A stretch of 64,000 nucleotides of DNA. Source: an uncultured Syntrophaceae bacterium. Lineage in GTDB: Bacteria > Desulfobacterota > Syntrophia > Syntrophales > PHBD01. Made by a program: the position numbers and the translations under genes. Every line of letters starts with the position of its first letter. Positions within the stretch are counted from its first letter, which is position 1. Shown here in pieces: positions 29,180 to 38,741 of the stretch. The stretch lies in assembly GCA_964558665.1 (NCBI GenBank), contig CAZLFA010000001.1, forward strand, positions 52,562 to 116,561, in the 5' to 3' direction. The notes beneath the pieces were generated by a model. The model was not told where the DNA came from. It made no database searches and saw nothing but the letters and a program-made list of their open reading frames with translations.

Positions 29180-30007
29180 CTAAAATGACCCGCTGCGTAT
29201 AAAATTTATGGCGTTTTTGAAAAGTGCGAGCCCCATGCCCTCTTCCGGCAGTTTTTCCCTTGTCCATCTCGGGTGATTGGTATAGTGCAGGAACGCTTCA
29301 GGATGCGGCATGAGGCCGAAAATCCTTCCCGAACTGTTGCATATTCCGGCAATGGCGTCGATTGACCCGTTGGGGTTAGCCGGATATGACATGGTTGCCG
29401 TTCGGCAGTTGCTGTCGCTATACTGAACGGCCACCAATTTTTCCCGGTGCAACCTCGCCAGACAGCTTTCGTCTTTGGCGACGAATTTGCCTTCGCCGTG
29501 GCGAACGGGAAGATAAATCCCTGCCAGGCCTTTTGTGTAGACGCAGGGGCTGTCCGGATTGGTGGCAAGATATACCCAGCGATCCTCGAACCTTCCGGAA
29601 TCGTTAAAGGTGAGCGTTGTTGTCTGTGAGACATAATCATTATCGAATCCGGGCAATAGGCCCGTCTTAACCATTAGTTGAAACCCGTTGCAGACGCCGA
29701 GAATCAGTTTGCCGGCCCTGATGAAGCGGGCGACCTGATCATAAAGCTTCTCGCTGCTTCCTGCTATCTTCGCATGCAGTATCCTGTTCGCCCCCGCCTT
29801 GGCCGATCCCAGGTCATCGCCGTCCAGAAATCCGCCGGGAAGATTCAGAAAATGATAATCGTCCAGCGTTGTTTCTCCGGACAGGAGAGAACTTATATGA
29901 ATGATGTCAACCACATCGGAACCGGCAAGCCTGCAGGCATGAGCCATCTCTGTTTCGCAGTTGGTTCCATTTCCCGTGATAACTATTGATTTTACTTTTC
30001 CTGGCAT
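29180..30007 (-). CDS. purQ: Phosphoribosylformylglycinamidine synthase subunit PurQ
   Basis: GNGTNCE, PGGF..GD, GVCNGFQ, HGEG, NPNGS, MPHPE. Confidence 0.95.
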   Translation of the reverse strand: MPGKVKSIVITGNGTNCETEMAHACRLAGSDVVDIIHISSLLSGETTLDDYHFLNLPGGFLDGDDLGSAKAGANRILHAKIAGSSEKLYDQVARFIRAGKLILGVCNGFQLMVKTGLLPGFDNDYVSQTTTLTFNDSGRFEDRWVYLATNPDSPCVYTKGLAGIYLPVRHGEGKFVAKDESCLARLHREKLVAVQYSDSNCRTATMSYPANPNGSIDAIAGICNSSGRIFGLMPHPEAFLHYTNHPRWTREKLPEEGMGLALFKNAINFIRSGSF

Positions 30008-30017
30008 CCTTTATTCC

Positions 30018-32996
30018 TTAAAAGTCCAGAGGAGCGAGCCATGCTGCTTTGAGGCCGCTGATGTCGGTTTCTATAATCCGTTCGCCTTTGATGCCCTTTA
30101 TTCTCAGAGTCTGTTCGACTAGGACAGAGCCTATGAATCTGGCGACCGAGCCGGCCATTTCCCTTTCGAAGGCTTTCTGATGGACCGGATCAACCGTGAC
30201 GATGAAACGGCTCTGGGTTTCGGAAAAGAGCAGGTAATCGTTTCTGGTTATTCCGGTGGAAGGCACCAGAGAAAGATCGATATCCATTCCCAAACCGCCT
30301 GCAAATGCAGATTCAGCAAGGGCAACGCCCAGACCGCCGTCCGCGCAGTCGTGGCAGGAGGCGACAAGTCCTTTTTCGATTGCCAGGCTTAGCGCCTGGT
30401 AAAGGATTTTTGCCTTGGCGGCATTTACTTTCGGCACGTTGTTTCCTGTATATCCCCGGCAGGCAAACCACTCTGAGCCGCCCAGTTCCGCGTAGGTCTC
30501 TCCCAGCACATAGATGAGGTGCCCGGCAGCCTTTACATCCATGGTTACCGCCTTGCGGACATCCTTAATCCTGCCTATTGTTGAAAACAGAAGAGTGGGC
30601 GGTATCGATATCCTGATTTCGCCGATCTGGTAATCGTTTTTCATGCTGTCTTTGCCCGATATGCAGGGGACGCCGTATGCTACGGCATAGTCATAAAGGG
30701 CCATATTGGCGCGTACCAGTTGGGCAAGTTTATATTCTCCGTCCGGTGTCTTTTCCGACTGCACGGGATCGCACCAGCAGAAATTGTCCAGGCCCGCAAG
30801 GTGGTCGAGGTTACCGCCGACGGCGATTACGTTTCTCACTGCCTCATCGATGGCGCAGGCAGCCATGTGGTAGGCGTCGATATCGCTGTAACGGGGACAG
30901 ATGCCGTTGGCCACGACCACCCCCTCGAAGGAATCGAGCAGGGGGCGAATGACGGCAGCGTCGCCGGGGCCGTCGTTATTGATGCCGACCAGGGGTTTTA
31001 CAACGCTGCCTCCCTGAACTTCGTGATCATAACGTCGGATAACCGATTCCTTGCTGCAAATGTTCAGGCGGGACAGCATCTCTTTCAGCGCCTTGCCGTA
31101 GTCCGGCGGTTCGGAGAAATCCGGTTCCGGATGAAGGGGTTGCGACCATTTTGCCTTCAATGTCATCTGGGGAAGACCGTCGTGGAGAAAATCCATACCG
31201 AGATATGCAACCGTTCTTTCACCGTAGCGTACATGAAACCATCCGGAGTCTGTGTATGTACCGACCACCGTGGCCTCCACATCCATCTTTTTAGCGAGAG
31301 CAAGGAAGGCATCGATTTGTTGCGGATCAACGGCCAGGGTCATTCTTTCCTGTGATTCAGAGATAAGAATTTCCCATGGTTTCAGCCCGGAATACTTCAG
31401 GGGCGCTTTTTTCAGGTCGATCTCACAGCCGCCCGACAGGCGGGCCGTTTCACCTACCGAGGAGGAAAGGCCGCCGGCGCCGTTGTCCGTAATGCATCTG
31501 TACAGACCGCGATCCCTGGCAATCAGCAGGAAGTCGGTCATTTTCTTCTGCGTAATGGGGTCGCCTATCTGGACGGCTGTGACCGGTGAGCCTTCGTGCA
31601 GTTCCTCGGAAGAGAAGGTTGCGCCGTGGATTCCGTCCTTGCCGATGCGGCCTCCCGTCATGACGATCAGATCACCCGGCACGATTTTCTTTGTATAGGA
31701 AGGCTCGCCGCCGATGGATGAGGGCATAATGCCTCCCGTACCGCAGTAAACAAGCGGCTTTCCCAGATATCTTTCGTCGAATACAATGCAGCCGTTGATC
31801 GTGGGGATACCGCTCTTGTTGCCGCCATGCTCGACGCCCTCTCTAACCCCCTCGTAAATTCTCCGCGGATGCAGAATTCTCTTGGGCAGAGGCTTGTCAT
31901 AGGAGGGCGGCGCGAAGCAGAAGACATCCGTATTGAAAATCAGCTTGGCCCCTTGTCCCGTCCCGAAAGGATCACGGTTGACGCCGACAATGCCTGTCAG
32001 TGCGCCGCCATAGGGATCCAGGGCGGAAGGAGAATTGTGGGTTTCCACTTTAAATACGAGGTTATAGTCTTCATTGAAACTTATTACGCCGGCATTATCC
32101 ACAAATACGGAAAGACAAAAATCACGGATGCCCTTTTGCTGCCTGATCTCCTTCGTAGAGCCTTTGATATAAGTGTCAAAAAGAGAATCGATTCTGCTGC
32201 TCTTCCCGGATTCATCCTCATAGATTATCAGGCTGTTGAATATTTTATGCTTGCAGTGTTCCGACCATGTCTGAGCCAGGCATTCCAGTTCCGCGTCGGT
32301 AATCCTATCCCCCAGCCCAACCAGTTTTCTTGCAGAAACTATTTTTTCATCGAGGAAGTAGCTCCTCAGCGTCTTCATCTCGTCAAGATTGAGGGCCAGC
32401 ACCCTTTCGTTGCTTATGGCAAGAAGCTTGTCATCCGCAACATGAAGGTCTATCTCGTCCGTATCGGGGTTGCTTGATCCAGTGACCCTGGGGACATAAG
32501 GGGTCATGCCTTTTTCGGGATTCCATGTGCTGCCGTCAATAATCTCGAAATGTTCTATGAGTTCATTGGCCAGCAGGTTCGAGGCGATTTTTTCCGCTTC
32601 CGGTTTCCCGATGGAGCCGCTAAGAAGGTACTGCCTTGAAGTATAGACGGAAATCGCCTTGTCCGGGGGAATGTCCAGAAGCAGTAATATTGCCTCACGC
32701 GCCGTCTTGCCGACGTTGTCGGTTACGCCGGGCCTGAATCCTACTTCAACCAGCCATGTAAAGTGTTCAGCCAGTCCTTTGTTGATTTTGAATTCCTGAA
32801 TTATGGGATCGGAAAGGGGGCCCGCGGCAACCGCTTCCAATTCCTGAAGGGACAGGTCACCTTCTATTGTATAAACCTCGATTGTCCTGACTTTGTCGAC
32901 GGAGATTTTAAGATGCTCAATTATCCTGCGCCTGATATTTTCGCCAAGCGCATCTCTGACCCCTGTTTTGAATCCGATTTCAATGCGATTAATCAT
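30018..32996 (-). CDS. purL: Phosphoribosylformylglycinamidine synthase subunit PurL
   Basis: QTWSEHCKHK, KVETHNSPS, DNGAGG, SESQERM, HDCADGG. Confidence 0.95.
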   Translation of the reverse strand: MINRIEIGFKTGVRDALGENIRRRIIEHLKISVDKVRTIEVYTIEGDLSLQELEAVAAGPLSDPIIQEFKINKGLAEHFTWLVEVGFRPGVTDNVGKTAREAILLLLDIPPDKAISVYTSRQYLLSGSIGKPEAEKIASNLLANELIEHFEIIDGSTWNPEKGMTPYVPRVTGSSNPDTDEIDLHVADDKLLAISNERVLALNLDEMKTLRSYFLDEKIVSARKLVGLGDRITDAELECLAQTWSEHCKHKIFNSLIIYEDESGKSSRIDSLFDTYIKGSTKEIRQQKGIRDFCLSVFVDNAGVISFNEDYNLVFKVETHNSPSALDPYGGALTGIVGVNRDPFGTGQGAKLIFNTDVFCFAPPSYDKPLPKRILHPRRIYEGVREGVEHGGNKSGIPTINGCIVFDERYLGKPLVYCGTGGIMPSSIGGEPSYTKKIVPGDLIVMTGGRIGKDGIHGATFSSEELHEGSPVTAVQIGDPITQKKMTDFLLIARDRGLYRCITDNGAGGLSSSVGETARLSGGCEIDLKKAPLKYSGLKPWEILISESQERMTLAVDPQQIDAFLALAKKMDVEATVVGTYTDSGWFHVRYGERTVAYLGMDFLHDGLPQMTLKAKWSQPLHPEPDFSEPPDYGKALKEMLSRLNICSKESVIRRYDHEVQGGSVVKPLVGINNDGPGDAAVIRPLLDSFEGVVVANGICPRYSDIDAYHMAACAIDEAVRNVIAVGGNLDHLAGLDNFCWCDPVQSEKTPDGEYKLAQLVRANMALYDYAVAYGVPCISGKDSMKNDYQIGEIRISIPPTLLFSTIGRIKDVRKAVTMDVKAAGHLIYVLGETYAELGGSEWFACRGYTGNNVPKVNAAKAKILYQALSLAIEKGLVASCHDCADGGLGVALAESAFAGGLGMDIDLSLVPSTGITRNDYLLFSETQSRFIVTVDPVHQKAFEREMAGSVARFIGSVLVEQTLRIKGIKGERIIETDISGLKAAWLAPLDF

Positions 32997-33145
32997 TTTT
33001 TTTCCAGATCTTGTTTGAAGTGGCAAGCTTTCCTGCGAGAGGATGTGACAGGTTACAGTACATCCTTTATTTGCATATCAAAAGGAGATTTATAAAGCAA
33101 CACCGGAATCCGCGAAAGATACAGAAGTCCTCTGTGTCTGTCTTC

Positions 33146-33787
33146 CTATGATTCCCCGTAAGGTTTTGCGACCAGGTATTCCAGTGGTATCAGGGAGTCC
33201 AGGGTTTGCTTTTTCAGGATGTGGAACCCGGAACTTTCGACGAGATCGGAAAATGCCACGATGGTGAATCGGTTATAAGTCTTAAATCCGTAAAACCCCA
33301 TGATTATTGAAATAAGTCGTGCTTTAAACGTTTCCCCGTGACAGAAGGTAGGGGCAATCAGCAGCCCCTGCGGTTTCAGAACGCGCCTGATCTCTTTCAG
33401 GCAGAGCTCCGGTTTTTTCATTACATGGAGAGCGTTTGCTACAATGCAGGCATCAAAAGCCGCATCTGAAAATGATAGCGAATAACCGTTTTGAACACTG
33501 AACTCGATGTTGTGCAGCCCTGCCCTTGCCGCCTTTTCGGTGGCTATATCGATCATGGGTCCGGAAAGGTCGGTGGCGCATACCTTCTTGACTTTTTTGG
33601 AAATCTCCTGGGTTATTATCCCGGTTCCGGCTGCGATTTCAAGAACGGTGTCCTCCTGCCCGACATCCTTCCAGATCAGATCGATAAGTGTGGCGTATTC
33701 TTCAGAGAGGCGCTTCATGAACCGGTCATATCTGCCGGCGTATCCGTCCCAGAAGTGTCTTTCCTCTTTTAACAAGTCATTTTCCAT
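33146..33787 (-). CDS. Class I SAM-dependent methyltransferase
   Basis: VLEIAAGTG, DLS..M, FD.C..ANALH, LKPQG. Confidence 0.85.
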   Translation of the reverse strand: MENDLLKEERHFWDGYAGRYDRFMKRLSEEYATLIDLIWKDVGQEDTVLEIAAGTGIITQEISKKVKKVCATDLSGPMIDIATEKAARAGLHNIEFSVQNGYSLSFSDAAFDACIVANALHVMKKPELCLKEIRRVLKPQGLLIAPTFCHGETFKARLISIIMGFYGFKTYNRFTIVAFSDLVESSGFHILKKQTLDSLIPLEYLVAKPYGES

Positions 33788-33896
33788 TTGAGAGCCTTTT
33801 GTGCACCTTGTGATTTCACGCCGGTTGTTTGAAGTGTTGATTCATAACGGATTTGCAGGTTTTTTGCAATCTTGATAAACCGGCGGCTTACGGCAT

Positions 33897-35219
33897 TCAG
33901 ACTTTGCATCCCGCGATAAAATGCCGCACATTGACGCGGCGGCTGATGTTGAGCGCCAGCAGTTGAAGGATGTCATTCTGCCCGCTCAGCACTCTTCTGC
34001 CTATGGATGAAAGAGAATAGAACTTTCTGTAAAAATCCATATATCCCTGAAACAATTGATTGACGGTCATTTTCAGCGGTTGAAATACTACATGGTTGGT
34101 GTCGTAATAACGCCAGTTTTTGTGGAGAAGCCGGCCTTCGCTTTCCATGCGGTCGAAGAGCTGAGTTCCCGGAAGAGGGGTAAGGATATAGAAATTAGCA
34201 CCGGCGATACGGTTGCTTACGCAAAAATCATAAATGTTATGAAATGCCTTTGTATCGTCATTGTCCATGCCAAAAATAAAGGACCCGAAGATATGTATTC
34301 CCGTTTTTTGAATGGCGGCAATAGCCTCCTCATATTCGGTTACGCGATTAAGGTTGTGCTTGCCCATGGCCTTGAGATTTTCCCGATTGGTTGTTTCCAT
34401 GCCGACAAAAATCCACTTACAGCCGGCTCGCACAGCCAGGTCCAGCAGCTCCCTGTCTCTTGACAGGCGGAGATCTCCCTGGCCGTACCAGTTGCGCTTC
34501 AGGGGGATCATGGCTTTAAACAGTTCCTTGGCGCGCTCCGGATGACCGAACATATTGTCATCGATAAAGATAATGTCACCCGGGGGCATGGATTTCATTT
34601 CTTCGATCACTTCTTCCACAGGGCGGAAGCGAAATTTGTTTCCCCAGAAATGGGTTACGGAACAGTATTGACAGCGATGGGGACAGCCGCGTGCAGTCTC
34701 CATGACATTGTAGAAGGTGTAAGCCCCCGGCTTCAGCAGATCCAGGCGCGGCCTGGGCAATCCTTCAAGGGTGTGCAGTTTTTCAGATTTGTATATCTTT
34801 TCCATTTTGCCGGACAGAAAGTGGCCCAGCAGGTTGTCCCATGAGTATTCCGCTTCTCCTATTACCAGGGCGTCCGCGTGCGGCGCCGCCTCTTCAGGCA
34901 TGAAGAAGGCATGGATGCCGCCGATGGCTACGGCGGTTCCCTTCCGGCGGAAGGTGTCGGCGATTTCGTAACCGCGCATGGCGGTCGGCGTCATGATGCT
35001 TATGCCGACCAGATCGGCCGCAGCGTTGAAGTCTATGTCCTCCACGTTTTCATCGATGATCCGGACATCGAACCTGTCGTCTGCATGCGCGGCAAGCAAA
35101 GGCAGATTAAGCTGCGGGACCGACGATCTGGTTCGTCTTCTCAGTCCCAGACGATCCTTGTCGGCTGCAGGGTGGATCAGAAGCAGCCCGGGTTTGGAGG
35201 ATCTTTTATTGTCTGTCAA
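33897..35219 (-). CDS. B12-binding domain radical SAM protein
   Basis: N-terminal cobalamin-binding region (IGGIHA), RGCPHRCQYC, DDN, G.ET, FIFG.D.D, TPLPGT. Confidence 0.9.
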   Translation of the reverse strand: MTDNKRSSKPGLLLIHPAADKDRLGLRRRTRSSVPQLNLPLLAAHADDRFDVRIIDENVEDIDFNAAADLVGISIMTPTAMRGYEIADTFRRKGTAVAIGGIHAFFMPEEAAPHADALVIGEAEYSWDNLLGHFLSGKMEKIYKSEKLHTLEGLPRPRLDLLKPGAYTFYNVMETARGCPHRCQYCSVTHFWGNKFRFRPVEEVIEEMKSMPPGDIIFIDDNMFGHPERAKELFKAMIPLKRNWYGQGDLRLSRDRELLDLAVRAGCKWIFVGMETTNRENLKAMGKHNLNRVTEYEEAIAAIQKTGIHIFGSFIFGMDNDDTKAFHNIYDFCVSNRIAGANFYILTPLPGTQLFDRMESEGRLLHKNWRYYDTNHVVFQPLKMTVNQLFQGYMDFYRKFYSLSSIGRRVLSGQNDILQLLALNISRRVNVRHFIAGCKV

Positions 35220-35401
35220 GAGTTCATCCTTTCATGATTTTTCATGAAAATCGCTGCGGCATCTTTCTGAAATCCGCCTGACCGGCGGTTATTTTCGAGC
35301 GTCGTTCCATTGCACTCGCAGGTGTTTAAGTCAAGGCATATTATAATAACAGCGTAAAAAAGGAGAAGGGTAGTGTCAAGAGTCTTTCGGTATTTTTTAT
35401 T

Positions 35402-35572
35402 CCGGAGTGCGTAACAGACAGCATCGAAGTGATACCGGGCTTTTTTTAGTAAATCCTGATCATCGAAGATGCTGGGAATCTCAAAGCCTTCGAGCGTCTG
35501 CTGAGCATAGAATTCCATTGTCTTCCATGCCGACTGGTTTTCAAGAAAGCCTTTGGCGTATTCGAACCACGA
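35402..35572 (-). pseudogene. Possible fragment of an unidentified gene
   Basis: Protein-like frame WFEYAKGFLENQSAWKTMEFYAQQTLEGFEIPSIFDDQDLLKKARYHFDAVCYALR, bounded upstream by a stop at 35573-35575. Confidence 0.3.
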
Positions 35573-35682
35573 TCACACTTGACACTGTTCCGCTGACAAG
35601 ATAGAAATCCTGAGCCCATCAAGCAACCATCAAACAAAATGTCAATCTCGATCAGGCCCACCACGGCAGATATTTCTTTGCT

Positions 35683-35877
35683 TTACTTCCCTAACGGTGA
35701 TTCCTTGCTATCCGAACGTTCCTCAATGATCACACCGTCCTGCATTACGATGACGCCGACGCCTGCCTGAGCCGCCCGCTGCCTGGCTTTCAGCGCTGCG
35801 CGCTTCATAGCTGTCTCGGCATTGACGAAATCAGGATCGCGCTCTTTTTCATTCACAATTATTTTCTGCGCACTCAC
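35683..35877 (-). CDS. Small protein downstream of the zeta-like kinase (putative partner/antitoxin)
   Basis: GTG start overlaps the upstream TGA (GTGA), AGGAG RBS. Contains A...AM.RAA..AR..A...G..V.V..DG.I, typical of such partners. Confidence 0.65.
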   Translation of the reverse strand: MSAQKIIVNEKERDPDFVNAETAMKRAALKARQRAAQAGVGVIVMQDGVIIEERSDSKESPLGK

Positions 35878-36404
35878 AGGTTCACTCCTTCCTCGACAAG
35901 TATGGGCGTTTGCGATGAGTTGTCGTAAATCACCCATTCATCGACAATTGGTTTGTATATGATTTTAAAATTACGCAGACCGGCCGCAAATCTTCGCCGG
36001 ATCGTCTCCTCGGGGACGTTATGGCCGCCTGCCTTGACTCTCTGCTCTACACGGGCAACAGCCAATTCAGGGGAGGCAAGGCGAAGATAAAAAAGTTTTA
36101 CCGTGAAGCCTTCCCTGCGCCACGCCGAAATGTGCCGGGCATAGCCCCGGCCGCTCAGGGTAGTTTCAAAGGCAAAACTATCCCCACGATGTACATGATG
36201 AAAAATTTCCTCCAACATCAGCCGCCCGGCCTTGATTGCGGCCCTCTCCGGGTCGAAGGGGGCAAGACCTGCGGCAATCAAATCCGCGTTGACAAAAATG
36301 GGGCAGTCGGCTTCGTTCGGCAAAAACTCCTCAGCAAACGTGGTCTTCCCTGCGCCGTTTGGCCCGGCAATGATGAGTATTCTGGATCCCTTTATCGTGC
36401 TCAT
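35874..36404 (-). CDS. Zeta-toxin/AAA_33-like P-loop NTPase
   Basis: IIAGPNGAGKTT, VNAD.IA, FAFETTLSG, RV..GGH.VP...I.RR. Confidence 0.85.
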   Translation of the reverse strand: MSTIKGSRILIIAGPNGAGKTTFAEEFLPNEADCPIFVNADLIAAGLAPFDPERAAIKAGRLMLEEIFHHVHRGDSFAFETTLSGRGYARHISAWRREGFTVKLFYLRLASPELAVARVEQRVKAGGHNVPEETIRRRFAAGLRNFKIIYKPIVDEWVIYDNSSQTPILVEEGVNL

Positions 36405-36528
36405 TTCAGGGCCTCCCGGATGGTGCGGACCACTTCCACGCTGTCCAAGGTTTCCAGGTGGTTGCGTACCGGATGCTTCGGATCATAGAGTTGGTAAAGA
36501 ATGTAAGGTCCGTTTGGCTACTGTTCAC
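36401..36528 (-). pseudogene. Chimeric remnant: start of one gene joined out of frame to the end of another
   Basis: GTG at 36528 (overlapping the XRE stop) gives MNSSQTDLTFFTN. Another frame gives PYILYQLYDPKHPVRNHLETLDSVEVVRTIREALK*, whose TGA overlaps the zeta ATG. Confidence 0.6.
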
Positions 36529-36752
36529 TGTTTTTCTCCGGGGAGTCTCAGTTTCCCTTGCTTGATCATCTTTGCGCAAAACGCATCAAACTGTGTTCGG
36601 GCCAGTTTGAAGGGCATCGTTTTGCCGTTTTCCCAACGGTTAATTGTGGTAAAGCTGACTCCCAATTCGCGTGCAAGCCCTTCCTGGCTCAGTCCCAGTT
36701 GCTGACGGACTTCCTTTACTGCATCTGAAAAATTCCCTTGTTTAATCGTCAT
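36525..36752 (-). CDS. XRE/HTH_3 family transcriptional regulator (controller-protein-like)
   Basis: VKEVRQQLGLSQEGLARELGVSFTTINRWENGK. Confidence 0.9.
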   Translation of the reverse strand: MTIKQGNFSDAVKEVRQQLGLSQEGLARELGVSFTTINRWENGKTMPFKLARTQFDAFCAKMIKQGKLRLPGEKQ

Positions 36753-37178
36753 TGCACTTTTTCCCGCATTCAGCCACATGGTTTAGCTAAAACATGCCAT
36801 CGCTGTTTTTCCATTCTTGAAGCTCTCTATAAATACAACAGGTGATATAGCACGTGCAAGGATAAAGTTTAAGCTTGTTAAGACAATGAGATATGGCTAT
36901 CGAAGAGATAGTGTTAAAATGTTGGAGGCTGGCAGGAATTGCCAATTGCTGTCTTGTAGGAGCCGGCAGCAGATCAACTCGGAGTGAACCAAGATAGGTT
37001 ATTAGGCAGTCAGCATGTTTCATCCGGTATTCAGTGGTCTGTTCTGAAAACAGGACTGAACCATTGTGGGTGAATTTAGTGAAATACAGAGTCCAAAAGT
37101 GATAATGGTCGACGTTTGACAAATGAAATTAAGCAATGTGCTGAATGAATGGTATTTGATTTGAGGTTTTAAAAAAGC

Positions 37179-37207
37179 TTTATAATTGGTAACACATAAG
37201 TTACTAT
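37179..37207 (+). promoter_or_regulatory. Candidate toxin-antitoxin promoter with palindromic operator
   Basis: GTAAC-N6-GTTAC (37189-37204) lies between TTTATA (37179) and TACTAT (37202), which are 17 bp apart. Confidence 0.5.
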
Positions 37208-37226
37208 AACTCATGGAGGGAATCTG

Positions 37227-37553
37227 ATGATTATACACGAGTATCTGAAAGAAGATGGTACCAGCCCTTTCCGCGATTGGTTTGAAAGGTTGGATAGCCG
37301 TGCGGCCGCCAAGGTGACGACTTCTTTGATCAGAATAGAGCTCGGAAATATGTCAAATATAGAGAGTGTTGGGAAAGGCGTCTACGAGAGAAAGATAGAT
37401 TATGGTCCGGGTTACCGGGTTTATTTTGGCATGGATGGCGGGGAACTGATTATCTTGGTCGACGGTGGCACAAAGAAACGTCAAGTAAAGGATATAGAAA
37501 TTGCAAAAGACAGATCGTCAGATTACAAAAGACGGAAGAAGCAACATCAATAA
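37227..37553 (+). CDS. RelE/ParE-family toxin (HI1419-like addiction module killer)
   Basis: SPF..WF..LD, G.....VG.GV.E..ID.GPGYRVYF, GG.K..Q..DI..AK. Confidence 0.9.
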   Translation: MIIHEYLKEDGTSPFRDWFERLDSRAAAKVTTSLIRIELGNMSNIESVGKGVYERKIDYGPGYRVYFGMDGGELIILVDGGTKKRQVKDIEIAKDRSSDYKRRKKQHQ

Positions 37554-37565
37554 GGAGGTTGAAGT

Positions 37566-37880
37566 ATGCCGTTAACAAAGAGTTTTAGAGAGACAGTAAT
37601 GGTCAGGGTTAAGTCCGATCCTGTATTTAGAAGCGAATTAATCATAGAAGCGACTAACGCCTTTTTAAGTGGAGATGTGGAAACGGGGAAGGCTCTTCTT
37701 CGAGACTACCTTAATGCTACTGAGTCGGTGAACGATATTGCCGGAAAACTGCATCTTAATGAGAAGAGTTTACGCCGCATGCTGGGACCTAAAGGAAATC
37801 CGACACTGAGAAATTTTATCAGCCTGTTAAAGGTGTGCAGTTCGATAGAGAATATATCTCTTCAGGTATGTCATCATTAA
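37566..37880 (+). CDS. HTH antitoxin / addiction module antidote
   Basis: GD...GKA.LRDY.NAT and L.R.L.P.GNPTL.N. Toxin-first order, AAGGAGG RBS. Confidence 0.85.
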   Translation: MPLTKSFRETVMVRVKSDPVFRSELIIEATNAFLSGDVETGKALLRDYLNATESVNDIAGKLHLNEKSLRRMLGPKGNPTLRNFISLLKVCSSIENISLQVCHH

Positions 37881-37890
37881 TTGATGCAAC

Positions 37891-38586
37891 TCATACAGCT
37901 TTTTTCAGGGAAAGCCTTTTTTGGACTTCAAGAGAGGATAATTCCCGCAAGGCATCGCCGGCAATCCAGCGGGTGCATTTCGTATCAGTGTCTCTGATCT
38001 TCAGGGCGGCGGTAATGGCAAGTCTGTTGAGATTCGTATTGCGCTTTCCAATCTGCCGCAATGCCCAGTTGACAGCCTTTTTTACAAAGTTTCTCTCATC
38101 ATTCGCTTCTCTTACAATCAGATCCAGGAAGTGCTCAAAAGGTTCATCCGGAGACTTTTTGTCATGGACGGCCAGTACAGCCATGAGAACGAACCCGGCC
38201 CTTTTGACAAATTCTTTGTCGCGTCTTATCCATTCCTTGGCCTTTGCATAGGCAAGCGGTGTTTTATCGAAGAGGTTGCTGCAGCACTGATCACAGACGT
38301 CCCAGGAGTCGAAGTCATTCACCCACTTTTCCATTTGGCTTTCGCCGACCTGACCGGGATCAGCAATCAGGCTTGCCAGGATAAGAGCTTCGTGGATACC
38401 GGTCTCCCAGAGTTCCAAAGCCATAGAATGATTCCTGCCGATATCCCTGGCCAGTTTTCTCAAAAGGGGCATAGATACACCCAGGATATTTTCTGTGTTG
38501 ATCCCATAGCGGGCCATGCCGGCTGCATTGGCTGGATTGCTCATTGCTTTGAGTCGAAACACGACGTCGCCACAGCTTGTGTACAT
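37891..38586 (-). CDS. DNA alkylation repair protein (AlkD-like HEAT repeat)
   Basis: ALELW.T..HEA, F.SWDVCDQ.C, RNFVKKAVNWALRQIGKR. Confidence 0.85.
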   Translation of the reverse strand: MYTSCGDVVFRLKAMSNPANAAGMARYGINTENILGVSMPLLRKLARDIGRNHSMALELWETGIHEALILASLIADPGQVGESQMEKWVNDFDSWDVCDQCCSNLFDKTPLAYAKAKEWIRRDKEFVKRAGFVLMAVLAVHDKKSPDEPFEHFLDLIVREANDERNFVKKAVNWALRQIGKRNTNLNRLAITAALKIRDTDTKCTRWIAGDALRELSSLEVQKRLSLKKAV

Positions 38587-38741
38587 CTCTTTTCTTTTGG
38601 CAGCGGTCAATTTTTTTCTCTTCCATCCCAGAGTGTAAATGTTTTACAATAACCATTAACAGAGCTGGCAGTTGATTTCAATACAGATAAAGAAAAGTAC
38701 AAAAGAAGAGCGCCCTTTTGTTTGGAGATTACGAGGATATC

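Noticed and set aside
35378-35390. TCTTTCGGTATTT shared with the rne-proC gap near 47555
   Set aside because: A single 13-mer with no flanking similarity, not enough to call a repeat or att site.
36787-37122. 111-aa ORF in the XRE-RelE intergenic gap
   Set aside because: Atypical composition, no motif, and it covers the expected divergent promoters.
35400-37890. Calling the islet an intact mobile element
   Set aside because: No integrase, transposase, terminal inverted repeats or flanking direct repeats were found.
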